Below, in pieces: positions 1 through 9,969 of a stretch of DNA of 64,000 nucleotides. Both the position numbers and the translations under genes were made by a program. The notes under the pieces are model-generated. The model did not search any database, was not told the origin of the DNA, and was given only the letters and a program-made list of their open reading frames with translations. Source of the DNA: Patescibacteria group bacterium (GTDB lineage: Bacteria > Patescibacteriota > WWE3 > JAUXAW01 > JAYEID01); contig JAYEID010000010.1 in NCBI GenBank assembly GCA_034659915.1, forward strand, positions 660-64,659. The letters run 5' to 3'. Every line of letters starts with the position of its first letter. The stretch's first letter is position 1.

Positions 1-61
1 ACCGCCTGTTTAGAGTTAGTAGTGGTAGGATATCTGAAATATCGCTGTCCAAAGACTAATT

Positions 62-1108
62 ATGTATAAACCAGAATTTGACATTACAAATAATATTTTA
101 ATTAATGTAAGTCGAATTGAAGCGGCAAAGGAATTTATTGACAACGCCCCAATGGTACCTTTATGGGAGCGGCGGTTTAAAAAAGAAGCTGTTGAACGTT
201 CTGTTCATTATGCAACTTCTTTGGAGGGTAATCCTTTGAACTTTACGGAGGTAAAGGAGATTCTTGATAAGGGCGAAGGGCACAGTGTTGTTGCTAGGGA
301 ACGTGATATTCAAGAGGTTTTGAACTATCGAGATGCAATTTCTTTTATGGAGGAAATTGAACCTGAGGCAGTGATTGACGAAGATATAATAAAGGAACTT
401 AACGCCGTTATAACTAAAAATATTATTGAGGATAAATACAGGGGTAAATACCGAAGGACAGGTGCTTTTAGTCGTAATACAAAAACAATGGAAAAAGTTC
501 TAGAATGGCCTGACCCTGAAGAAGTCCCTGGTTACATGCAGGAACTTTCTCAGTGGGTTGCAACGGAATCCACAGAAGTCCACCCCATTCTTAAAGCGGG
601 ATTACTTCATACCTGGTTGGTACTTATTCATCCTTTCTATGAAGGGAATGGGCGTACCTCTCGAATTCTTTCCACTTTGAGTTTGTCCTTAGATGGTTAT
701 GATGTAAAAAGCCTTTTTAGCATGGAGGAGTATTATGATCGAGATGCACGTGGTTACTACCAAGCAATAAAGACTGTTTTGGATTCAAAGGGTGACTATA
801 CTAAGTGGTTGGAGTATTTTACATTGGGTTTGGCAATTGAATTTAACAGAGTGCAAGAGCGAGTTTTAAGTTTGAGTCGAGATGCAAATTTAAAAGAAGT
901 AGCTGGTCAGGTGAGGTTGAACCCACGCCAAGAGAAAATAATCTTATTTGTAAATGATTATGGACAGATAAAGAATAAGGATTGGCAAGATTTATTTCCA
1001 GACTATTCAGATGATACTATTCTTCGGGATATTCGGGACCTTGTGAACAAAGGTGTTTTGGTTAAGAGAGGGAAAACAAAATCCGCACGGTATGAATTAG
1101 CAGCATAA
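62..1108 (+). CDS. Fic family protein (Fido), probable AMP/nucleotidyl transferase with C-terminal winged-helix
   Basis: Canonical Fic motif HPFYEGNGRTSR (HPFx[DE]GNGRxxR). N-terminal TSLEGN matches the [ST]xxxE[GN] inhibitory-helix motif of class II Fic. C-terminal region looks wHTH-like. Confidence 0.85.
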   Translation: MYKPEFDITNNILINVSRIEAAKEFIDNAPMVPLWERRFKKEAVERSVHYATSLEGNPLNFTEVKEILDKGEGHSVVARERDIQEVLNYRDAISFMEEIEPEAVIDEDIIKELNAVITKNIIEDKYRGKYRRTGAFSRNTKTMEKVLEWPDPEEVPGYMQELSQWVATESTEVHPILKAGLLHTWLVLIHPFYEGNGRTSRILSTLSLSLDGYDVKSLFSMEEYYDRDARGYYQAIKTVLDSKGDYTKWLEYFTLGLAIEFNRVQERVLSLSRDANLKEVAGQVRLNPRQEKIILFVNDYGQIKNKDWQDLFPDYSDDTILRDIRDLVNKGVLVKRGKTKSARYELAA

Positions 1109-1145
1109 AGACCTTCTTTTTAGTTTTTACTTGGACTTAAGTTAG

Positions 1146-2939
1146 ATGAATTTTTCTAATCTATGTAAATATTTCCAGGACTTGGAAGAAACAAGTTCTG
1201 TGACTCAGATGGTTCAGCAATTGGCTGCGTTGTTTGCTGAGGCAGATTTAGCTGAAACCCCACTAATTGCATACCTTTCGCTGGGTCGTCTGAAGCCTAT
1301 GTATGAATCTCTGGAATTTGGGTTAGCGGAAAAGATGCTTTATAAGGTACTAATAGCCACATACGGGGTAGGGGAAGGGAAGGTAGAAGCTCTTTTTGAG
1401 GAAAGGGGAGATTTAGGCTTGGTCGCAATGGAACTTGCTACCGACTTAGGCGTTGGGGATAAAGGGAAGAGTGTAACTCAGGTTTACGAGAAGTTAGTGG
1501 AAATAGCTTTGGAGGCGGGTAGAGGCTCACAGGAAAGAAAAATTGCTAAGCTAAAACAACTTTTGGAGAGTGTAAGACCTGAGTCAGCTAAATATATTGT
1601 CCGGATTGTTTTGGGTAATATGAGGTTAGGTTTTGCTGAAAAGACGCTAATAGAAGCCCTTTCTTGGCTTGGTGCGGGGGATAAATCTTTAAAGCAAGAA
1701 ATTGAAGAAAAATATTTTATCTATCCTGATATAGGGAGGATTGCTCAAAAGTTTAAGGAAGATGGGATAGCAGGCATTAAGGATATTAGTATTCGGGCGG
1801 GTGTTCCTGTTCAGCCTGCTCTGTGCCAAAGGGGGAAGACAGCAGAAGAAATTATAGAGCGGATGGGTGGGAAAGCAGTTGCTGAATATAAGCTTGATGG
1901 GACCAGAGTTCAATTGCATCTGGACCGCAGTCAGGAGGTTGAGGAGAGAGGGCAGGTGATGTTTGAACTAGCAGATATTGAAAAGCCAAAATTCCTTGTA
2001 AAAACCTTTACGCGTAATTTAGAGGAAACTACTTATATGTTTCCCGAAATAATAAAAACGGTAGGGGATTTGGAGCTCGAGTCCGTTATTTTAGACGGTG
2101 AGGCAATTGCTTACGATCCGAATACGGGAGAGTTCTTGCCTTTTCAACAAACTATGAAGAGGAAACGCAAGTATAAGGTATCTGAGAAAGCAGCGGAGCT
2201 TCCACTTAGGTTTTTTGCTTTTGATATCTTGTTTTTAAACGGAAAAAATTACATGGAGCAGCCCCTGATTTCGCGAAGGAAGTTGTTGGAGAGTGTACTG
2301 GAAGAAAATGATACGTTGGTGATCACGCCCCAAGAAATTGTGACTAGCGCCCGCGATTTAGCTCAACTAAGAGAGCAAGCTGTAGAGCGGGGTCTAGAGG
2401 GGCTGGTAGTTAAACATCTTGACTCTAAGTATGAAGCAGGTAGCCGAGGATACACTTGGCTTAAGTATAAGCGGGAGCAACGAGGAAAGTTAGAAGATAC
2501 TATAGATGTGGTTGTTTTGGGCTATTACAGAGGTAGGGGCAGAAGGTCGGAGTTAGGTATTGGTGCCTTTTTGGTGGGTGTGTATAACGCTGGGAAAGAT
2601 AGGATCGAAAGTATTGCAAAAATTGGGACCGGACTTAGTGATAAGGAATGGCGGGAAATGAAAGATATTTGCGATGAAAATTCGCTTCGAGAAAAGCCAA
2701 GAAATGCTGTTTTGAGTAAGAAAGTTATTCCTGATATTTGGACTGCTCCAGAAGTTTTTGTTGAGGTGCAGGCTGACGAGATTACGCGGAGCCCAGTCCA
2801 TACTGCAGGTTCTCAAGGAGAGGATGCTGGGTATGCATTGCGGTTCCCTCGCTTTGTTCGTTGGCGGGAGGATAAAAGTCTTAGTAACATAACTACAGTA
2901 CAGGAAATAAGAGAATTGTATAAATTGCAGTACAGCTAA
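1146..2939 (+). CDS. ATP-dependent DNA ligase
   Basis: Adenylation motif I AEYKLDGTRVQLH (KxDGxR); size and downstream OB-fold-like region consistent with archaeal/eukaryotic-type ligase. Confidence 0.85.
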   Translation: MNFSNLCKYFQDLEETSSVTQMVQQLAALFAEADLAETPLIAYLSLGRLKPMYESLEFGLAEKMLYKVLIATYGVGEGKVEALFEERGDLGLVAMELATDLGVGDKGKSVTQVYEKLVEIALEAGRGSQERKIAKLKQLLESVRPESAKYIVRIVLGNMRLGFAEKTLIEALSWLGAGDKSLKQEIEEKYFIYPDIGRIAQKFKEDGIAGIKDISIRAGVPVQPALCQRGKTAEEIIERMGGKAVAEYKLDGTRVQLHLDRSQEVEERGQVMFELADIEKPKFLVKTFTRNLEETTYMFPEIIKTVGDLELESVILDGEAIAYDPNTGEFLPFQQTMKRKRKYKVSEKAAELPLRFFAFDILFLNGKNYMEQPLISRRKLLESVLEENDTLVITPQEIVTSARDLAQLREQAVERGLEGLVVKHLDSKYEAGSRGYTWLKYKREQRGKLEDTIDVVVLGYYRGRGRRSELGIGAFLVGVYNAGKDRIESIAKIGTGLSDKEWREMKDICDENSLREKPRNAVLSKKVIPDIWTAPEVFVEVQADEITRSPVHTAGSQGEDAGYALRFPRFVRWREDKSLSNITTVQEIRELYKLQYS

Positions 2940-2973
2940 CTGTTGCTATTTACAGTAAAGATCTCTTTATTTT

Positions 2974-5511
2974 ATGGATAAGTACTACTGTGTAAAAGTT
3001 CAAGATGTTTTAGAAAGTTTGGACACTGGGAGGGAGGGGTTATCGAGAGCGGAGGCAGAAAGCCGGTTGGAGAAATACGGTCCTAATAAACTTCCCCGAA
3101 GTCGGCGCCTCTCCTTTGTTCGGCTATTTTTGGCTCAGTTTAAGAGTCCTTTTGCAATTATTCTTGGAGTTTCGGGTATTGTTTCTCTTGTTGTTGGGCA
3201 CCAAAGTGATTTTATTATTATTTTTGCTGCTCTTGCTGTTACCGCGGTAGTAGGGTTCTTGCAGGAGTATAAGGCAAGTAAAGCTTTGGAAAATCTTCGG
3301 AAGCTTGTTCGACCCCAGGCAAGTGTTCGGCGTAGTGGAGTTGTTTCTGAAATTAATGCTACTAATATTGTTCCGGGAGATATAGTTTTGCTTAGGGTTG
3401 GTGACAAGATTCCTGCTGATGGGAGAATTATTACAGCCCAAAATTTAGAGGTTAATGAGGCTCCATTAACAGGTGAGTCAATACCTTCTTTTAAACAATT
3501 GGAAGTCTTGAAAAGAGATGTTGTACTTGCTGATCGTTCCAACATGGTATATGCGGGAACAACTGTCAGCAGGGGAGAAGGTGTTTTTGTGGTTACTCAC
3601 ACTGGAGAAAGTACTGAATTGGGCAAACTTGCCGAGATGATGCGTGGTATTGAAGAGGAAAAGACGCCTCTTCAGCAAAAATTGGCACGCTTAGGTAAGA
3701 CAGTTGCCATTATTCTAACTGCTGCTTCCGGAGCTGTTTTCTTTTTGGGAATGGCGAGGGGAATTCCCATTCCTGATATATTGATGACCTCAGTTGCTCT
3801 AGCAGTTGCATCTGTGCCTGAGGGACTACCAGCTACTCTTACAGTAGTTTTAGCTTTAGGGATGCAGCGCCTTTCCCGGCGGGGCGGCTTAGTTAGAAGT
3901 TTACAGGCGGCTGAGACATTAGGTTCAGCAAGTGTTATTTGCGTTGATAAAACTGGTACCTTCACTGAGGGGCAGTTAGCGGTAGAACGCTGGGACTTTT
4001 CTCAGGAGGATCTAGGGAAATTAGCTTCTGTCCTTTGTAATAATAAGCAGAATTACATCGATCAAGCCTTGTTAGGAGAGTTTGGAAATGATGATGAATT
4101 TGATTCTTTCCAGAAGATTTTGGAAGTACCCTTCACTTCAAGTCGTAAATATATGGCAGTAGCTGTAGAGCAGAAGGGCAGGAGGAATGAGGGATTTAGA
4201 GAAAATTACATCTTTATAAAGGGTGCGCCGGAGATTATTCTTTCTAAATGTAACTTTTCTCCAAAGCAACGCGATCAATTTGAACAACAGGTTGAGCAGT
4301 GGGCAAATGCGGGGTTGCGGGTTTTAGGTCTTGCTTTTAAGCAGGGTGAACAAGATTTTGATTTTCAGGAGGAGCTAATGCAAAGCGCAGAGCAAGGTTT
4401 TACCTTTTTGGGATTGGTAGCATTTTCCGACCCTCTGCGTCCTGAAGTTCAGGGGGCAATGGAGAAGTGTATTACTGCTGGTATTCGGGTGGTTATTGTA
4501 ACAGGGGACCACAAGCTAACCGCACTTAGTATTGCAAAACAGGCTGGTTTAGTAGTAGAAGAATCCCAGGTTGTAGAGGGGCAAGAATTAGGAAAGATGG
4601 CTGATAGGGAATTGCAAAGGGAGGCGGATAATGCGGTTATTTTTGCCCGAGTCGAGCCGCGCCATAAAGTTCGTATTTTAAATGCATTACGAGCCAACGG
4701 TGAGGTAGTGGCAATGACTGGGGATGGTGTAAATGATGCGCCTGCACTTAAGATCGCAGATATTGGTGTGGCTTTAGGTTCTGGGACAGATGTTGCCAAG
4801 GAAGCAGCAGATTTGGTTCTGACCGACGATAATTTTGGGACAATTGTTGCTGCTATAGAACAAGGACGGATAGTTTTTGAAAATATTCGAGAGGTTGCTC
4901 TTTATTTACTTTCAGACTCTTTTCAAGAAATCCTTTTGGTGGGAGGTAGCATTATATTTGGGTGGCCTTTGCCTATGCTTCCGGCTCAAATCCTCTGGGT
5001 GAATTTTGTGGAAGATGGATTTCCAGGTGTTGCGCTTGCTTTCGATTCTGGTGAAGGGGAGGTTATGCGGAAGTCCCCCCGCGAAAAGACGGAACCAATT
5101 CTTGATAGGGGAATGAAGATCTTAATTTTGCTTGTAGGGTTGATTGATGATATCGGATTTTTAGTCTTGTTTTGGTTGTTGCTTCAAGGAGGCTACCCTC
5201 TTCTTGTTGTCCGTAGTTTCATTTTTGCTGCTTTTAGCATGAACTCCCTCTTTTATGTTTTTTCTTGTGCATCTCTTTATCAATCAGTTTTTAACTATAA
5301 TATTTTCTCTAATAAGCTACTTTTAGGATCTGTCTTGGGAGGGACTGCTTCCGTGATTGCCGCTATGTACTTACCGCCGCTTCAAAAATTGTTGCAGGTA
5401 GGTCCTTTACCTGGTTCGTTGTGGCTATTGGTAATTTTGGTAATTGTTCTAGATTTTATTCTTATTGAAACAGCGAAATTTTATTTTATTGTGAAGAATC
5501 AATGGGAGTGA
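2974..5511 (+). CDS. P-type cation-transporting ATPase (type II, Ca/Mg-like)
   Basis: CVDKTGTFTEG phosphorylation motif, MTGDGVNDAPAL hinge motif, ten predicted TM segments. Confidence 0.9.
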   Translation: MDKYYCVKVQDVLESLDTGREGLSRAEAESRLEKYGPNKLPRSRRLSFVRLFLAQFKSPFAIILGVSGIVSLVVGHQSDFIIIFAALAVTAVVGFLQEYKASKALENLRKLVRPQASVRRSGVVSEINATNIVPGDIVLLRVGDKIPADGRIITAQNLEVNEAPLTGESIPSFKQLEVLKRDVVLADRSNMVYAGTTVSRGEGVFVVTHTGESTELGKLAEMMRGIEEEKTPLQQKLARLGKTVAIILTAASGAVFFLGMARGIPIPDILMTSVALAVASVPEGLPATLTVVLALGMQRLSRRGGLVRSLQAAETLGSASVICVDKTGTFTEGQLAVERWDFSQEDLGKLASVLCNNKQNYIDQALLGEFGNDDEFDSFQKILEVPFTSSRKYMAVAVEQKGRRNEGFRENYIFIKGAPEIILSKCNFSPKQRDQFEQQVEQWANAGLRVLGLAFKQGEQDFDFQEELMQSAEQGFTFLGLVAFSDPLRPEVQGAMEKCITAGIRVVIVTGDHKLTALSIAKQAGLVVEESQVVEGQELGKMADRELQREADNAVIFARVEPRHKVRILNALRANGEVVAMTGDGVNDAPALKIADIGVALGSGTDVAKEAADLVLTDDNFGTIVAAIEQGRIVFENIREVALYLLSDSFQEILLVGGSIIFGWPLPMLPAQILWVNFVEDGFPGVALAFDSGEGEVMRKSPREKTEPILDRGMKILILLVGLIDDIGFLVLFWLLLQGGYPLLVVRSFIFAAFSMNSLFYVFSCASLYQSVFNYNIFSNKLLLGSVLGGTASVIAAMYLPPLQKLLQVGPLPGSLWLLVILVIVLDFILIETAKFYFIVKNQWE

Positions 5512-5627
5512 TACCATGAGTGTGAGAGCGATTAATGCTTTGGTAGCGAATATTTTGGATTCTAGTTGCTGATAAAGGGTTCTGTGATATTCGGGAGTTG
5601 AGTTTTTGATTTATAATTTATAACTTT

Positions 5628-6014
5628 ATGCAAAGGGGGGTGATAACTTTGGAAGAAACAGTTCAACCCAGCAAACAAATGAGAACTTCACAAGGTACGG
5701 GGTTGGATCCTAATATTGCGGCAGCCCTGTCGTATTTGTTTGGTTTTGTTACTGGTATAATTTTTCTCCTTATTGAGAAGGAAGATAGGTTTGTTAGGTT
5801 CCACGCAATGCAATCAATTATTGTTTTTGGAGCATTGTTTATTGCAACTACTGTGATAAACATTATTCCTCTTTTAGGACAACTTATTAGTTTGCTGTTG
5901 TCGGTGCTTGGAATTGTTTTGTGGATTATGCTGATGTTTAAGGCTTATCAAGGTGAGGAGTGGGAAGTTCCTGTTTTGGGAAAGATTGCGCGTGAGCAGA
6001 TGTCAAAGGTGTAG
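5628..6014 (+). CDS. small membrane protein (DUF4870-like)
   Basis: Three to four hydrophobic helices; EKEDRFVRFHAMQS motif. Assignment from memory, weak. Confidence 0.4.
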   Translation: MQRGVITLEETVQPSKQMRTSQGTGLDPNIAAALSYLFGFVTGIIFLLIEKEDRFVRFHAMQSIIVFGALFIATTVINIIPLLGQLISLLLSVLGIVLWIMLMFKAYQGEEWEVPVLGKIAREQMSKV

Positions 6015-6026
6015 TAACCTTGTTTT

Positions 6027-6662
6027 ATGAACAAGCGTGAGTTCATAGACCTTAGAGAAAAGATGGTCGAATCCCAGCTTGAGGCCAGAGGGATTTCTGA
6101 TGTACGCGTTTTAGAGGCTTTTAGGAATGTGCCACGAGAGAAGTTTGTCCCCGAGCATTTGCAGGATCTTGTTTACCTTGATTCTCCGCTTTCAATTGGA
6201 GAAGGGCAAACTATTTCTCAACCCTACACAGTAGCTTTTATGACAGAGCTCTTGGAATTGGAGCCAGAGAGTAAATTGTTGGAGATTGGGACTGGATCTG
6301 GTTATCAGGCAGCTATTTTGGCTGAGATTGTTTCTGAAGTTTATACTATTGAACGCTTGGAAAGCTTGGCAAGGGAAGCAGAAGAAACTCTAAAAGAATT
6401 GGGTTACACTAACGTGTATGTAAAGGTTGGGGACGGTAGTGAGGGCTGGCTAGAAGAAGCACCTTTTGATAGGATACTGGTAACTGCAGCTGCTACAGAA
6501 ATTCCAGAGGCACTGTTTGATCAATTAAGTGATGAGGGAATACTGGTAGCCCCGGTTGGGTCCAGCTTTTCACAGGACATGGTTCGTTTTACAAAAGTTG
6601 GTAATAGGCTAGAAAAAGAAAGTTTTGGGAAGTTTAGGTTTGTACCACTAATAGAAGAATGA
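6027..6662 (+). CDS. pcm: protein-L-isoaspartate O-methyltransferase
   Basis: ISQPYTVAFMTELLEL, LEIGTGSGYQAA SAM-binding motif, about 210 aa. Confidence 0.8.
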   Translation: MNKREFIDLREKMVESQLEARGISDVRVLEAFRNVPREKFVPEHLQDLVYLDSPLSIGEGQTISQPYTVAFMTELLELEPESKLLEIGTGSGYQAAILAEIVSEVYTIERLESLAREAEETLKELGYTNVYVKVGDGSEGWLEEAPFDRILVTAAATEIPEALFDQLSDEGILVAPVGSSFSQDMVRFTKVGNRLEKESFGKFRFVPLIEE

Positions 6663-7051
6663 ATTTGAGTACTATTGTTGATAATAATATTGTGAGAATC
6701 TTTGTAAATCTGGTTAGTATACTAAGTGGAGGTCTTTTAGGCTTTTTTGCTTTTCAGCTGTCACAAGTTTGGCCAGAGTTAAGGACAATTTTGAAAAGTG
6801 TGGTTATTCAAGGCGCGGTTGCTCTTTTAGCTTTGTATACCACTTCCAGCGGCCAGAACTATTTTATTTCTGCATTTCTTCTCGCTGCCCTTTTTCGTTT
6901 CTTTTTTGAACAGTACCAGGATTATAAGAGCCATAACTTAGATATTTGGTTCAAAACTCTAGCTAAAAAACCGTCACAAAGTTTTTTAACTATCTATTTT
7001 GCTGTTATAGTTTTTTTGTTTATGTATTCTTTGCTTAATTTTATTGGATAA
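6659..7051 (+). CDS. hypothetical membrane protein
   Basis: ORF start overlaps pcm stop (ATGA coupling); hydrophobic; no recognisable motif. Confidence 0.35.
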   Translation: MNLSTIVDNNIVRIFVNLVSILSGGLLGFFAFQLSQVWPELRTILKSVVIQGAVALLALYTTSSGQNYFISAFLLAALFRFFFEQYQDYKSHNLDIWFKTLAKKPSQSFLTIYFAVIVFLFMYSLLNFIG

Positions 7052-7895
7052 GGGAGCTTTTTTTATGGATTTGAATAGTGTTTTACAGAAAGCAAGACAG
7101 GGTAGTTTTGCTCTGGGCGCTTTTAATATTTCTACCTTGGAGCATTTTAAGGCGGTTGTTGGGGCATGTGAGAAGGGAAACCCTGTGATAGCGGAGATGA
7201 GTTCGGGTGAAGCAGAATTTTTTGGGATTGAAAATTTCGCTTCCTTAGCTTTGCATTACCGACGGGACTTGGACTACCCGCTTTTCCTCAATTTAGACCA
7301 TGCTCAGGAGCTTTCCAAGATTGAAAAAGCTTTACAATGTGGATTTGATATGGTCCATTTCGATGGCTCTCATCTTCCGCTAGAGGAGAATATCTTGCAG
7401 ACAAAAGAGGTTGTTGAGTTAGCACGGGATTATGGTGCTTTGGTTGAGGGTGAGTTGGATCAGGCAGGTGGACACTCTACTATAAAGGATAAGCAGGGGA
7501 CACCCGTTTTTACAGCTGTTGATGACGCAACTAGGTTTGTTTCCGAAACTGGTGTGGATTTATTGGCATGCTTTTTTGGAAATTTGCATGGGGTTTATGG
7601 AGAGGAACTAAGCTTGGATTTGGATCATTTGCAAAACCTTTCTACCAAGTTGAATTGCTTTATTTCTATGCACGGTGGTTCTGGAGTTAGAACAGATGAT
7701 GTCCAAAAGGCTGCACAGGGCGCAGTGGTAAAAGTAAATGTAAATACAGAGCTTAGGATGGCGTGGTCTACTGCACTTCGCGAGGCATTAGAAAATAGTC
7801 CTGAGGAGATTGTTCCGTATAAGGTTTTACCTCCAGTGGTTGAAAGCATTAAAGGTGTTGTTGAAAGAAAGCTTGCTTTATTGCACGGAAGTTAA
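7044..7895 (+). CDS. class II fructose/tagatose-bisphosphate aldolase family
   Basis: FNISTLEHFKAV, LNLDHAQ, HFDGSHLP, MHGGSG motifs typical of the class II FBA/TBP aldolase family. Confidence 0.7.
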   Translation: MDKGAFFMDLNSVLQKARQGSFALGAFNISTLEHFKAVVGACEKGNPVIAEMSSGEAEFFGIENFASLALHYRRDLDYPLFLNLDHAQELSKIEKALQCGFDMVHFDGSHLPLEENILQTKEVVELARDYGALVEGELDQAGGHSTIKDKQGTPVFTAVDDATRFVSETGVDLLACFFGNLHGVYGEELSLDLDHLQNLSTKLNCFISMHGGSGVRTDDVQKAAQGAVVKVNVNTELRMAWSTALREALENSPEEIVPYKVLPPVVESIKGVVERKLALLHGS

Positions 7896-8022
7896 TTTCA
7901 ACACTTATTTACTATTGTTTACTACACTTGACAATACTTAGCAGGTGTTTGTAAAAAATATAGTAAAGTATAGAATAATAAAGTATAGAAAAGAGTCGTA
8001 AAATATTGTTCTTAACTTCGTT

Positions 8023-8988
8023 ATGTTTGATATTGTTACCATAGGTCATTCAACAGTTGATTATTTTTTAGGGCTTGGAAGTGCGGATATTGCTTTTGGT
8101 GAAGACGACGACTCTCTACTTTGTATTGATTTTGCAGATAAGATACCTGTAGAAAATTTTAAGAAGGGTGTGGGCGGTAACGCTGCTAATACAGGGGTGG
8201 GGTGTGCTCGGCTTGGTTTGAATACTGCCATTGTTTCCTGGATTGGCAAAGACTTGGAAGGTGAGTTAGTGTTAAAGACTCTTAAAGAGGAAAATATTGA
8301 GTTATTATGGGTACGTATTTCTGAGGAGGAAATTACAGATCAATCAGTTATTTTGAATTTTGAAGCTGAGCGTACTATCCTTTCTTATCACTGTCCCCGG
8401 ACACTTCTAATTCCTGCTGATGCACCTGAGTCAAGACTTATTTATTTGACCTCAGCAGGTCGCGCTTTTGAAGAGGTTCATCCGCAAGTTTTACAGTATG
8501 CTGAGGGTGCTGGGGCAAAGCTAGCTTATAATCCAGGTTCCTACGAGTTGGCGGGGGGTTTGAGTGTCAACAAGGGGGTTTTAGAGCACTGTGCAATTCT
8601 TATTTTAAATAGCGAGGAAGCGGGTGAATTGGCGCGTGGGAAATTTGTTAGTTTTAGTAAAGATGAGAGAGCTGCAGAGATAGGCGAACTTATGCATGAA
8701 CTAAGAGAAGCGGGGCCAGAAACGATAGTGGTTACTGATGGTTCGTTTGGTTCCTATGCTTTTGACGGTGAGAATATTGTTTTTTGTCCTTCGATAGAGA
8801 CACAAGTGGTAGAGATGACGGGTGCTGGGGATGCATTTTCTGCAGGGTTTCTTTCTGCTTGGGTTGAAGACAAGAGTCTTAAAGAATCTCTTCAGTGGGG
8901 TAACACTAATGCTGCTTCTGTTATTTCGGAAGTTGGTTGTCAGGAAGGCCTTTTGTCACGGGAAAAGCTTCTTGAGCAGCTACCTTAG
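8023..8988 (+). CDS. PfkB/ribokinase-family carbohydrate kinase
   Basis: N-terminal GG dipeptide region plus C-terminal TGAGDAFSAGF anion-hole motif. Confidence 0.75.
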   Translation: MFDIVTIGHSTVDYFLGLGSADIAFGEDDDSLLCIDFADKIPVENFKKGVGGNAANTGVGCARLGLNTAIVSWIGKDLEGELVLKTLKEENIELLWVRISEEEITDQSVILNFEAERTILSYHCPRTLLIPADAPESRLIYLTSAGRAFEEVHPQVLQYAEGAGAKLAYNPGSYELAGGLSVNKGVLEHCAILILNSEEAGELARGKFVSFSKDERAAEIGELMHELREAGPETIVVTDGSFGSYAFDGENIVFCPSIETQVVEMTGAGDAFSAGFLSAWVEDKSLKESLQWGNTNAASVISEVGCQEGLLSREKLLEQLP

Positions 8989-9003
8989 ATTTTTTAGTAT
9001 CCT

Positions 9004-9861
9004 ATGGCTATAGACTTTGAAAAACTTTTGTGGCTTAAGTTGGATTTTGATTTTGCTGCTTTCCAGCAAGAGCTGAGGGAAATAGCACAAACTTTATGGC
9101 AGGGGTGGAGTGAAATCGGAAAACTGGACTGTGCCACAGTGTATACAGATCCTACATATTCTCCAGAAATACGGTTTTTGGTTTGTAATAGGGACCGCCT
9201 CCGGATTATTGGTTTGGTGTTTTTAGCCTTTTTTGCTTTACCTCTCCTTTTCAGGATTTTGGTGAGTGTGGTTAATTTTGTTGCTTTTCTTCTAAGTTTA
9301 ATTTACGGGGCTCTTGCTAAAATTTTTCAATTTGAGGCGGGAGAAATAGATACGGTAGTAGTGAAGAGGGAAGAGAAAGAGCGTCGGGAGGAGCTTACAG
9401 CTGAGGAAGAAGAATTGACATCTTTTGGAAAAAGGGAATGGAAGTTTGTCACAAAAATTAGGGAGTGGGGCAATCGTTTGTTTGCTTTTCAAAAAAGGTT
9501 AAGAGGTCTTGGCTTGAACAGGATCAGGTGGAGGTTTCTCAGAGAAATGCTCTTTTTTGAACAGAGTAATGAAAACTTGGCCGGACCTGTCTGGAGTGCT
9601 TTCTTCCTTTTTACTACTGTTATTAGTCCTTTAGTAGGACTTTCCCTTCTTGTCCCTATTCAATTGTTTTTTTCTTCTCTTTTGGGTTTTTATGCCGTTT
9701 ACAGAATAGTTCGCTATAAAGTGCTTTTGGATCCAAAAATGTCTTACTATTGGGAGGGGAAGCGAGGGCCTGGTCTTTACATTCTTGCGGGGTTGTTGCT
9801 TTTTCTTTATGTAATAATTCTTCTAACTGCATTCTTCCTCCTACAGTTGCTTTGGCTTTAG
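9004..9861 (+). CDS. hypothetical membrane protein with charged coiled-coil insert
   Basis: Several TM helices and EEKERREELTAEEEEL segment; no family recognised. Confidence 0.35.
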   Translation: MAIDFEKLLWLKLDFDFAAFQQELREIAQTLWQGWSEIGKLDCATVYTDPTYSPEIRFLVCNRDRLRIIGLVFLAFFALPLLFRILVSVVNFVAFLLSLIYGALAKIFQFEAGEIDTVVVKREEKERREELTAEEEELTSFGKREWKFVTKIREWGNRLFAFQKRLRGLGLNRIRWRFLREMLFFEQSNENLAGPVWSAFFLFTTVISPLVGLSLLVPIQLFFSSLLGFYAVYRIVRYKVLLDPKMSYYWEGKRGPGLYILAGLLLFLYVIILLTAFFLLQLLWL

Positions 9862-9969
9862 GTTACTGGTACTGGCAAATCTAGAGTTATATTCTTGTTC
9901 TGTGTTTTGATTTTATGTGAGCTTGCGTAGATAATGTTTTAAAAGTTTCGCAAGTGTTAAAATTAAGTT

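Noticed and set aside
1689-5863. Antisense and nested ORFs inside ligase, ATPase and other genes (for example 1689-1919, 2553-2816, 3124-3965, 4449-4799, 5663-5863)
   Set aside because: Embedded within or antisense to well-supported genes, low-complexity translations, no independent evidence.
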